DNA of 64,000 nucleotides from a virus (Duplodnaviria; Heunggongvirae; Uroviricota; Caudoviricetes): IMG/VR virus record IMGVR_UViG_3300045988_149282, positions 1 to 64,000 of that record; one strand, 5' to 3'. Shown piece by piece: positions 28,298 to 40,200 of this stretch (position 1 is its first letter; each line of letters starts with the position of its first letter). The notes under the pieces were generated by a model. It saw only the letters and a program-made list of their open reading frames with translations, ran no database searches and was not told where the DNA came from. The position numbers and the translations under genes were made by a program.

Positions 28298-31200
28298 ATG
28301 GATCAGTTCAAGAAAAAGAGATTGCCCCTCCTGATTGCGGGAGCGGGCGGCAAAAAGAGCTCAGGCTCAAGCCGTACACCAGTTGAAGCGGATGATACCG
28401 TTAATTCGCGGGCCATGGCGTCTATCCTCGATCTGCTCGGGGAAGGTGTTGTTGGTGGGCTTATTAACGGTGCTAAATCTATCTTCATCGATGGCGTGGC
28501 GCTGGAGAACGAAGACGGATCATTCAACTATTCCGGTGTAACCTGGGATTTCCGGGATGGTTCACAAGACCAAAGCCCGATGCCTGGTTTCGATTTTGTC
28601 GAAACGCCAAAGGCCGTTAACACACAGCTGAAAACCACAAACGCGGTTACGGTCGCCATCGATAACGACGACGCTGATCGTGTCCGAGTGATCATGAAGT
28701 TCCCGTCGCTGCGTAGCATTGACAAGAAAACAGGGGACACAAACGGTACTTCTGTCCAGTTTAAGTTCCAGCTGGCCAATGGCAATGGCTCTTTCTATGA
28801 CGTGATTGCTACAGGTGAGAGCAGCTCTGACGTGAAGCTGACTGCGAAAAAGACTGGTGTCTACTACCGCAGTTACGAAATCCAACTTCCAAAGCCTGGG
28901 CGCGCCTATAAAGTGCGCGTGCTTCGTCTCTCCGCCGACAGCAACGATCAGTATCTCTTTAACGATACCTGGGTCGACTCTATCGGTGAGATCGTTGACA
29001 CCCCAATGAACTACCCGAACTCCGTTCTGGTTGGCCTTAAGGTTAACTCTGAGCAGTTTGGTAGCTCTATGCCGTCACGTTCGTATCTTATCCGTGGCCT
29101 CAAAATCCGTGTGCCTTCGAATTATGATGAAAATACGAACACTTATAACGGCGTTTGGGATGGAACCTTTAAGCTTCTGTCGTCTTCCAACCCTGCCTGG
29201 ATTCTGTTCGATCTGCTGACCAATGCTCGTTATGGCCTCGGCAAATTTGTTTCGGAGTCAATGATTGACCTTGGTCAGCTTTATCAGATCGGTCGCTACT
29301 GCGACGAAGAGGTTGATGATGGCTTTGGCGGCAAAGAAAAACGCTTTGCAATCAACACCCAGATCACCAGTCGTCAGGACGCTTATCGTCTGATTCAGGA
29401 TATTGCCGGCGCTTTCCGTGGCATGGTTTTCTGGGCTGGTGGCATGGTGAATATCATGCAGGACAGCCCGTCTGACCCTGTCATGCTGTTTACCAACGCA
29501 AACGTAAAAGATGGCCTGTTTACCTATAAAGGCTCAGCTCGAAAAGACCGGCCGTCCGTAGCGTTGATCACTTATAACAACAAACAAGACGGCTATAAGC
29601 AGAACGTTGAGTATGTTGAAGATCAGGAAGCGATGGCCCGATACGGGGAGCGCAAGACCGAGGCCGTTGCGTTCGGATGCACCAGCCGAGGTCAGGCTCA
29701 TCGTGTAGGTTTGTGGCTGCTCTATACCGCGCGTATGGAGTCAGACATGATCACCTTTACCGCGGGCCTGGACGCCTCGTTCCTGATGCCGGGCGAAACC
29801 GTTCTGATCCAGAACAAATATCGTGCCGGCAAACGCAATTCCGGTCGCATTGTCTCTTTCACCAAAAACAGCATCACCCTCGATGCACCTGTCTCTCTGA
29901 AAAAGAGCGGTAGCTTCATCCGTATCATCAATCAGGAAGGCAAAATCGTTGAGCGAGACATCAACGAGACCGGCGACAACATCACTAAAGTTACCTTCAA
30001 GACGGCGTTGGCCACAGCCGAACAACCAGTAGCGAATGGCGTCTGGACGATCACCGAACCAGACCTTGTTCCAATGCGGGCGCGCGTTGTCGCTATCGCG
30101 CAAGGTGAAACCCCGGGGTCGTTTGATATCACGGTGGTGCAGAACAATGCATCTAAGTACCAGGCGATTGATAACGGGGCCGCGCTCGTTCCAGAAAATA
30201 CGACGGTTCTTGATCCCACATATTCCAAACCGAGCAATCTGGTCATCTCAGAAGGCACCTATCTGTCCAGTCCGGGCAACTTGTCCGTGAAGCTGATGCT
30301 TGCCTGGGAAGGTAAATCACCAGAATACTGGGTCAGCTGGCGCCGCTCCGACGAGGGCAACGTCTCCAACTGGCAATCTGCCCGCGCCACGGAAGAACAA
30401 TATGAAATCGTCAATGTTGCCGAAAATGGGCGATATGACTTCCAGCTGTATTCCGTTTCCTTCGGCGGCAAAAAATCCGAGATCATTACTGCTGTCTATC
30501 AGGTAAAAGGCACGATGACGCCGCCAGGGGCGCCCACATCACTCACCGCGGTGGGGGATTATCGTAACGTGGTATTGAATTGGGTTAACCCTGATTCAGT
30601 CGACCTCGCGCAGATCAACGTGTATGCGTCCAAAACAAATAAGCTGGACACCGCAACACTCATTGCTCAGGCTGCAACAACGACTTTCACTCACGCTGGC
30701 CTGGGTGACAACGAGACCTGGTATTACTGGATTCGTGCGGTAAACAAACGTGGGATGGTAGGCCAGCCGAACTCGAACCTCGGTACAGAGGCCACCACTC
30801 GCGACGTATTGTCTTTCCTGAAAGATAAGATCACATCTTCTGAACTCGGCAAGGAGCTGCTCGACGAAATCGACAGCAAAGCCACTCAGGAGGCGGTAGA
30901 CAACGCCATTGGAGAGGTTCAGAACTCAGTCAACGAGTCTATCCAGCAAGTTGAAAACGATCTGGCGCAAACCTCCTCCGAAATTAAGGCGCAGGTTGAC
31001 TCTGTCAATCAGTCGCTGAAAGAGGATATAAAGACCGTCAATCAGACGATTGTTGACAACATCGATGCCGTCAACCAGACGATCAATACCAACATCTCCA
31101 ACGTAAACAGCCAAATTGAAGCTGCAAAACAGTCTATTAAAGACGGCGACGCGGCTCTGTCGCAGGAGATTAAGAATGCGCAGTCATCACTGACAACGTC

Positions 31201-34200
31201 GCTGTCCCAGACCAGCAAAGATCTGACTGCGGCCATTCAGAAAGAGACGAATGACCGTATTGCAGATGTTAATGACGCAGCCAAGCAAGCGGCCGACCAA
31301 CTGCTGAGCGCGAAGAATGAGCTGAAAACCTCTATCGATAGCTTGTCTGAGGTTGTGACCTCCGGTGACGAAAACCTCGCGCGACAGATCTCGCAGATTG
31401 CCGCTGGCACAGGGGAACAGTTTGACTCTCTGAAAATCTGGTATTTCGACCAGGACGCTGAAGGCTGGACGGAAGATGATAATGGCTACACGCCAATGAG
31501 CGTCACCAGCGATGGCTGGCTGAAAGCGAACAATCCGACCTCAACCTGTCGTTCCCCTAACGGCTTGACGATCGATGCCCATGCTTATCGTTTCATTAAG
31601 ATGCGCATTAAAAAGGTTGGCAACCCAACCTGGAACGCCAAAATGTTCTGGATCGGCGCTGATGAAACCGGCTGGAATGCTGGTCGCTCCGTGGTTATCA
31701 ATGAACCGGAATACGATGACAAGGGTATTGCGATTCTGACCCTGCACGACCTTGAGTGGCGAGATTCGACAACGATTCGTCGTTTCCGCTTCGATTTCAC
31801 TTCAGGTCAGGATACGGACAATTACCTGTTATTCGACTGGATTGCTGTCGGTCGACCGACGCCGGGCGCAGGCATGGCCGCGTTACAGGAAGAGCAGCAG
31901 GCTCGTGCGAATGCAGATACCGCCGAAGCGCAGGCGCGCAGCACATTGGCTGCACAAATCCGCGGTTCATCTGAAAGCGGAAATCTGGACGACATTCGTT
32001 CTGGCCTGATCTATCAGGAGAAAAATGCTCGTATCACCGCCGATGCTGCGGAAGCGAGTGCGCGTGAATCCCTGCAGACTGAATTCAACAGAAACAAAGC
32101 CTCTGTTGCAGAAGAGCTGCATACGCTGTCCACTGAACAAGCTTCCCAGGCAAGCAAGATTACCGGGTTGCAAACAAGCCTTGGCCAGAAGGCCGATGCC
32201 AGTGCAGTACAGACAATTTCCCAGAAGGTTGAAGAGCAGGGCAACACCCTTAAATCACAAGGTGCGGCATTGTCTACGCTGGATAATCGCGTAGGAAGTG
32301 TTGAGTCTGGTGTATCTGCGAATAGCAAGGCGATCACGGGTCTGCAGTCGACCGTAACCCAGCAGGATAAAACCCTTAGCAGCCAGAGTGAAAGCATCAC
32401 CACCCTGAATAACTCGCTGAGCGATATCCAGAGCGATACCGATACTGCCAAAAGCAACCCGAGTAATTTGCTGGTTAACGCCTCCTTTGAGCGTGACCTG
32501 GCAGGGTGGTCTGCAGGGAACAGCGTATCCAATGTTATCAAAGCGAGCGCGCCCCATTCTGGTAGCAAAATTCTTGTTTGCGCCGCTGGCACGGTGCAAA
32601 TCACGCAATCTGTAAGCGTCGTCGAAGGGCGGACATACAAGCTGTCCTCTTTTGTGCGGTGCACCACTGATGCGGTGATCAGCAGCCCTGGCAACAACAA
32701 ACTGCGTATTGGCGCGGCTACGTTGCTCAAAGAGATTCCGATCCGTCCGGAGAATCTGCCCAAAGATGAAACATGGAAGGAGGTCTCTGATACCTGGAAG
32801 GCGACGCTGACCGGTAAAGTTGACGTATCGATCATGTCTTCTCTCAAAACCGGTTCTCAGTACTTCGATGATGTTGGTTTTGTTGACGTCACTGATGCTC
32901 TGGCGATTGAGGCGAACGCCAGTGCCACCAATGCTTTGACCTCTCGGGTATCGTCTGTTGAGGGCACCATCACAAGTCAGGGGCAACAGATCACTTCGAT
33001 GCAGAACAGTATCAAGAACAAAGCTGACGCCTCAGCTGTGACTAATCTGGCAAACCGCGTAACTGCTGCCGAAAATCAGATCTCCAGCCAGTCCCAGAGC
33101 ATCACCAGCCTGTCAAATTCGCTGGATAACGCCAATGCTGATGCGGATGCCTCGAAAGCGATCATCGGCAACATGCTCAAAAACAACTCTTTTGAACGTG
33201 GTTTCGAAGGTTGGGAGTATGTTGGTTGGACTCTGCTGGAGGCCCAAAACCCCAAATCGGGGAAATACATCATCCAGGCGGGCAAACTGGCCTCTGGCGG
33301 TGACTCGGGCTGCAACCAAACGATCGAGCTGCAGGCTGGCAAGACTTATCGTATCGGCGCATGGGTTCGCAAATCCGCTGACTTCGCGATTAATAATGCC
33401 GGCAACAACAAAATTAGCCTTCGAAACGCAGATCTTACGCCAATAAAGGATATCCCGATCACTGGCGCCGGGCTGTCGACGAACTGGGCGCTTATTAGCG
33501 GCGAGTATACGCCAGCCAAAACCGCGAGCGTGGTTGTGTCTCTGCGCGCAAGTGTCGCTTCAGGCTATATGTATCTCGATGACGTCTTCTGCGTTGACGT
33601 GAGCAATGAGAAAGCGATTGATGCGACGTCCAATGCGTTATCAACCCTCAACAGCACCGTGACCCAGCAGGGAAAAGACATTACGTCTAACTCCAACAGC
33701 ATCACTTCGCTGTCAAACCAGATGGTTAACGGCCGCCAGAACATGTGGGTGCGTAGCGTATACAACGTACAACTGGCGAACAATACCACTGAGCCGACCT
33801 TTAGCGATATCAACGGTAAGGCGCCAATCTCGATCGATGAGGTTCCTGACGCGGCAAAACTGGACTTTGCGAGCGCCGGCAGTTACGTGATCGCGCATTA
33901 CAAAGCCTTCGTGAAAGTCAATGCTGATACCACCATCACTATGGCACCAGGGTCTCGTGTTTTTGATGATACGGGCGCCGTGTACGTGAACGGTGTTAGG
34001 GTTGCCTTTGGTAATGCGAGCTGGAATACGGTTAGCTTTGATCTGAAAGCTGGCTGGAGCACGGTTGAGTTCTTGGTGAACCAATGGACTGGTCAGGCTT
34101 ACATTAACCTCGGCTTTAAACTGTCCGAGAAGGTAGCCCAGCTGAATTCTGCTCTTGGGATGAACGCGCTTTCGAATGCCATTAGCGCCGTCACCTCAAA

Positions 34201-37200
34201 CGTCAGCACCGTAGGTGATCGCGTCACGAGCACCTCGCAGAGCGTTACTGATCTGCGAAACAGCCTCGAACAGACCAACGCTAATCTGGCGAATAAGGCA
34301 GATGCACAGGCGCTGTCTACGCTGCAAAATACGGTCTCCAAGCAGGGGGATACGATTTCCAGCCAGGGTAACAGCATCACGAACCTGAATAACACCCTGA
34401 CCGCTGCCAGAAACTCCGGTGACAACCTGATCCCGAACTACGATTTCCTGCAGGGTGCAACTGCGTGGGATATCCAGTATCCGGCGGGCGTCGCTTTCGG
34501 CAACTTCGGTGATGGTAAGGCTGGGGTTAAACTGAACCGGACGACCACTACCAGCCCAGGCATCTTCTCCAACAACAACAAGCCGCTGCCGCTTAATGGT
34601 CAGCGCAAATATCGTGTTGTGGTTAAAGCCAAGGGCGTGTCCGGGGCGATGAACATGTTGATCCGGCGCCAGAACAAAATCGGCCAGACCGACAGCAATT
34701 ATGAAGATAAAAACGTCACACTCACCAGTGAGTGGCAGACCATTACCTGGGAAACTGGGCTTACTGCCTCTAACGCTGATGGTCAGAACTTTAAGCTTTA
34801 TGCGCACCCGGCTAATGCCGAAATCTGGGTTGATACCTTTAAGGTCTTTGATATCACGGATGAGGTGAAGATCAAGGCTAATAGCGATGCGCTGTCTACG
34901 TTGTCGAGCACGGTGACACAGCAGGGTGACAAGATCACCAGCCAGGGCAACAGCATCACTAAGTTGACCAATGACCTCGAGGCCGCTGACGCAAACATCG
35001 CGAAAAAGGCCGATCAGTCGGCAGTCACTACGCTGACAGGTCGGGTAGAGAAGACGGAGTCCGGTCTGACGGCGGCGAACAGCAACATTACGTCGCTTAG
35101 CAGCTCTCTGAGCCAGCAATCCAAACGCGGCGCTAATCTGCTTCCTGATGGCACTTTTGAAAGCTACGCGGTTGGCCATAATCTATCAAATAATCGCGTT
35201 ATCGTTACCACTGATGACTCTCACGGTGGAAATAAGTGCATCCGTGTGACGCGTCCGAACGACTACAACGCCAACGCAACAGATAACAGCGATAACCATA
35301 TTTTTAGCGGATTTCAGGTTCGCGATAACGCAGTGTTCTACATGGAGTGCTGGGTTAAGCTGGATGCCAATAGCACAGCCATGGCCGAGAACACGCAGAT
35401 CTCTATCGGTTTGTCGCTCCAGTATCAGGATAACTCGTGGCAGTGGCCGGCAGTAACTAAAGCTGCGAAAGATCTGTCTACAGCTCAATGGACGAAGGTT
35501 TCTGGTTACCTGAAATCAACGAAGAGCGGTATTAAGCAGGCAATGGTGAGGATTTCTATTCCTAACGTTAGCAGCGTTAAGGCGGGAAACTCATTCCTTA
35601 TTGATGACCTGGTCATTACCGAAGTAACTGATGCCTACAATGCGCAAAGTACAGCAGATGCTAACGCCAATGCGATTTCGACACTGGACTCGACCGTTTC
35701 CCAACAGGGCGACCAGATCACCAGTCAGGGTAACAGCATCACCAAACTGACAAATGACCTGGCAACGACCAATAACAACGTCAGTAAAAAAGCGGATCAG
35801 AGCGCTTTAAGCGTGTTGTCCGGGCGCGTCGATCAAACAGAATCGGGCTTATCCTCTGCGAATAGCAGTATCACTGCGCTTAATTCATCTGTACGCGCAG
35901 GGAATGCGACAAGTGGCGATTTGATTAGCAACCCGACATTTGACCCAGAGTTTAGTCAGATGGGCTTCACTGTGGTTCCCAGCTCGTCTGAGGGCGTGCC
36001 AGCCAATTGCCCATACGCTTATGTTGCACGCATTGCGGCTCGCGACCATCACCCAAATTTTGCTGCTATTCCGGCGACATTGGGGGATGTCTATGAAATG
36101 TCTGCTCTCGTCGCGTGTGGCACTGGCTCCGCTGATTTCAACCTGTATCTCGGAACCGCAACACGGCCAAGCGGCAGCGTGGGCGCGCCTCTGTCATCTG
36201 GCGGCAACCGCAAGGCGTCGGCCACATGGCAGCGAGTAACCTGGCGTTTCAAAATTACTCAGGGGATTGTCGATCGCGGCTTCTTCCGTCCATTCCTGCA
36301 AATCAACCAGTCCAGCCCGTTCGGCACCGTCTGGTATGTGACCGACTGGCATCTGCGGAACGTAACCGACTCCTCCAAAGTTCAGGATTCTCTCGATGCT
36401 ACGGCGAAAGCGGTTGATTCGCTGACCTCTACGGTAAATCAGCAGGGGGAGAATATCTCCAGCATTGGTACACGTACTACCAATCTTGAGAATAATTTGA
36501 GAACAACAAATGCAAACGTTGCTCAAAAAGCGGACGCCAATGCTCTGACGGCACTGACCAACCGTGTTACCCAGACCGAAAAAGACATTAACTCAACGAG
36601 TTCTTCTGTCACGAATCTGAACAACAAGGTTGATGCAATTTCTGTCGGCGGTACAAACCTGATCAAGAACTCCGGCGATATGACCGGCTGGTCGAACGTT
36701 GTCAGCGATACGTATCGTGGTAACGCGGTAATTGGCGCAACTGTAAAAGCCGGCTCCGGTTACAGGGATTTGCGGGAAATCACGCTTGAGTCGCCGGTCG
36801 ATGCAGGTGAGTACGTTTACAGCTTCTATGCGAAAGGCGGTGTTGCTGGCCAGATTATGACGGCGTTCTTCTACAATCCGAACACTACAACGTCTATCGA
36901 GACCAGCCAGGGTGCGAAGGGTAACAACAGTGATGGCCGTGCGCAGTTCACGCTGACCACTTCATGGGCCCGCTATTGGGTTAAGTGGAAACAGACACCT
37001 ACCACGAGTACCAAGCGCCTGATTCTGTGTCGTATCGAGAGCAATACCTCCAAAGACCAGACGGTGTACATCAACAGTCCGAAGTTTGAGGTAGGTAACG
37101 TTGTTTCCGACTGGAACGAGTCTCCGTCTGATAGTGCCAGTGCGTCGGCTGTGGACTCGCTGACAACGAAAGTGAATCAGCAGGGCACTTCCATTAGCTC

Positions 37201-40200
37201 TATCGGAAATCGCACCACATCGTTGGAAAACGGGTTATCGACAGCTCAAAACAACATTGCCAAGAAGGCTGATGCTTCTGCATTGCAGGATCTCCGGAAC
37301 ACGGTGACATCTCAGGGTGATGATTTAACCGCGGCGAACAGCAGCATTACCAGCCTGCATGCCTCGATGAACCGTCGCACTGTGTTTACTGTCACTGCAC
37401 GGGGTAATGGCAACAGCGTTACCCATGGGGTGTTTGATGAAAGCGGCAAGAATCTGTTTACCCCTGGTCGCAGCTGGGCGCTGGTCACTTTTGCAAAACA
37501 CAGCGACGGATCAACGGTGATTGCGACCTCCAAAACATACGATGTCTTTGGCAGCGCGAATAATGGCGCCACGATGTCGGCTGATATCGAGGCACTGGCC
37601 AGTGGGACTTACGTTTGCGTCCTGACATTCGATGAGCCAACTGGCAACCGAGGTAAGGTGTTGTCTGCCCTGGAATCTCTTGGTGGCACTTCCGAAGTCG
37701 TTAACTCTCTGCCGTATCGTGGCGCCTACATTCTCCTTGGCCGCAAAGGTATGAAGCCGGGCGATGGTCTGGAACTGCGTGCGCCAACCGGTGGCGACGG
37801 CACCGCCCACATTTCGACCTCAGTCGAGTTTGTGAACGGGGTAATGATGGGGCTGGGCGCCGCTGGTGGTGTGATGATGAAGGCTGATGCGAACGCATCT
37901 GCAATTACCACGCTCCAGAATACAGTGAAGACCCAAGGGGATAATATTGACTCCCTGAGCTCCTCGACAACAGCGCTGGAAAACAGCCTTGCGTCCAGTA
38001 ACGCCAGCGTGGATGCAGCAAGCCAGATCCCCGGTAACCTGATCGTAAACCCGTCTTTTGAGCGTGGTACGGAGGGCTACACTGGTTGGAGCGGTATTGC
38101 CACGGTGGCAACGCTGCAGGTTCCACATCTTGGCACCAAAGCCGCCAAACTAGCGGCGGGTGGTTCTGCAGGCGTGGGCCAGAAGATCTCCTTCAAAAAG
38201 GATCGGTCGTACAAAATTGGTATTTGGGCAAAGCAGGACCCTAATACCACCATTCAGTCGACCGACAACACAAAATTCCGTGTGGCTGACGGTACTGGCC
38301 TGATTGCAAGTAAGGTTTATGGTCCGTTCACCTCGAACTGGCAGGAGGTGTCATGGACATGGAAGGCGACAAAGGATGTCCTTGCTGACGTTCAGTTCAC
38401 TGCTTTCTTGTCAGCCGGCGCGATGTACTTTGATGATTTTTACGTCGTCGATGTGACCGACTCAGTTGAAACTCAGGCGAACTCGAGTGCGATCACGAAG
38501 CTCGATAGTCGTGTGACCAAGACAGAGAATGACATCACCAGCCAGGGCAGCCAGGTTACGCAACTTAAGAATGACCTTGCTACCACAAACACAAATGTTT
38601 CGAAGAAAGCGGATGCAGCTGCGTTAACGGCATTAACGAACCGCGTCACGCAGAATGAGAAAGAAATTGGAACCCAGAGCAGCCAGACAACTTCGCTCAA
38701 AAACTCTTTGAGCACTGTTCAGGCAATGGGAAGCAACCCGTGGTTTGATGGTTCTCTGGAGACGTACTCCGAAAACCAGCAGATCAGCGGCTCGCGCGCG
38801 GTCGTCGTCAGCTCTCAGAAACGAAGCGGAACGAAGTCGTTGCGTGTTTCCCGCGGCGCCGGTGAGGGCGGAAACAGCGATAAAACCATCGGTAAGTGGA
38901 TTGCTCTGCGTGAAAATGCGGTATTCCGCATTGAACTCTGGGCGATGATGCCGGCAGATCAGTCGCCATCATCCGGGTGGTCAACGCTCGTTGGTTTGCA
39001 GACCCAAAACGCTGCCAACAACAATAACTGGCCGACGGCAATCACTATCAATGAAGCCGCATTGGGTGCAAGAGGCGCATGGAAGAAATTCACCGGTACG
39101 CTCCGTGTAGCCGCTGGCCACACTCGCGGCGCATTTTGGGTATCTACCCGCGGCACAACTGGCACTGGTACACCGGGGTATGATCTGTATATCGATGACG
39201 TTGTTGTCACCGATATCACCGACGCAAAAGAGGCTCAAGATTCGGCTAATTCGAACGCATCCGCGCTCACCAGCCTTACCTCACGTGTTACCAATGTAGA
39301 AGGGCAGGTGACATCCCAGGCGTCTCAGCTGTCCTCTTTGACGTCCCAGGTGAATGATGCGTCTTCGAAGGTTGATCAGATGGCGCAAACCATCACCAAC
39401 AACGAGAAAACGCAGTCGTCGCTGAATACCAGCTTGCAGTCGCAAATTGATGCGCAGGCATCGGCAAACATCAAGAACCAGACGGAGTTGAATAACGCCA
39501 CCACTTCGATGGCGGCAATTAAATCAACTCAGCAGACTCAGGCCACAACGATTAGTGCACTGTCTCAGCAGCAAACGAATTTAACGGCCCAGGTAGGAGG
39601 CCAGTCAGCCGAGCTGCAGGAGCTGAAGAAAACGGTTGTTGAAAACGGCAACGTTAACAGCACCTGGATGGTCAAAATGGAAACCAACAGCAACGGTAAA
39701 AAGTATGCTGCTGGTATAGCTTTAGGTATCGATGGCAAAAATTTGCAGAGCCAGTTTCTGGTTCAGACTGATCGCTTCGGCTTAATCAACACCTCTAACG
39801 GGAATACGACTACACCTTTCGTTATCGAAAATGGCGTTGCGTATATTAATGCCGCTGTCATTAAAGATGGCTCGATCACCAATGCGAAAATTGGAGGCGA
39901 AATCCGTTCTGACAATTTCGTTAATGGTTCAAATGGCTGGAGAATTGGAAAAGACGGTAGTTCACAGTTCAACAATGCGATATTCAGAGGTCATATTGAA
40001 GCGCGCAGTGGTACGTTCAAAGGAACCCTGGAAGCTCAAAACTTTATTGGTGATATCGCTGTAGCTCGGCGTTATGCGGGTTTATCGTTCCGTCGTAACA
40101 ACACCGTACAGCGTGATGGTCGTTACCAGAACCGCGGATACGGTATGACTATTGTGCTAAGTTGCACCCTGATATATCAGGTTACTGGGGGGAATGAGGA

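Noticed and set aside
32014-35179. Large minus-strand ORFs (32014..32847, 32255..32986, 34196..35179) antisense to the giant fibre gene
   Set aside because: They lie entirely inside the strongly supported + strand fibre gene, have no RBS or operon context, and their size is explained by the low stop-codon frequency of the repetitive, GC-richer antisense sequence.
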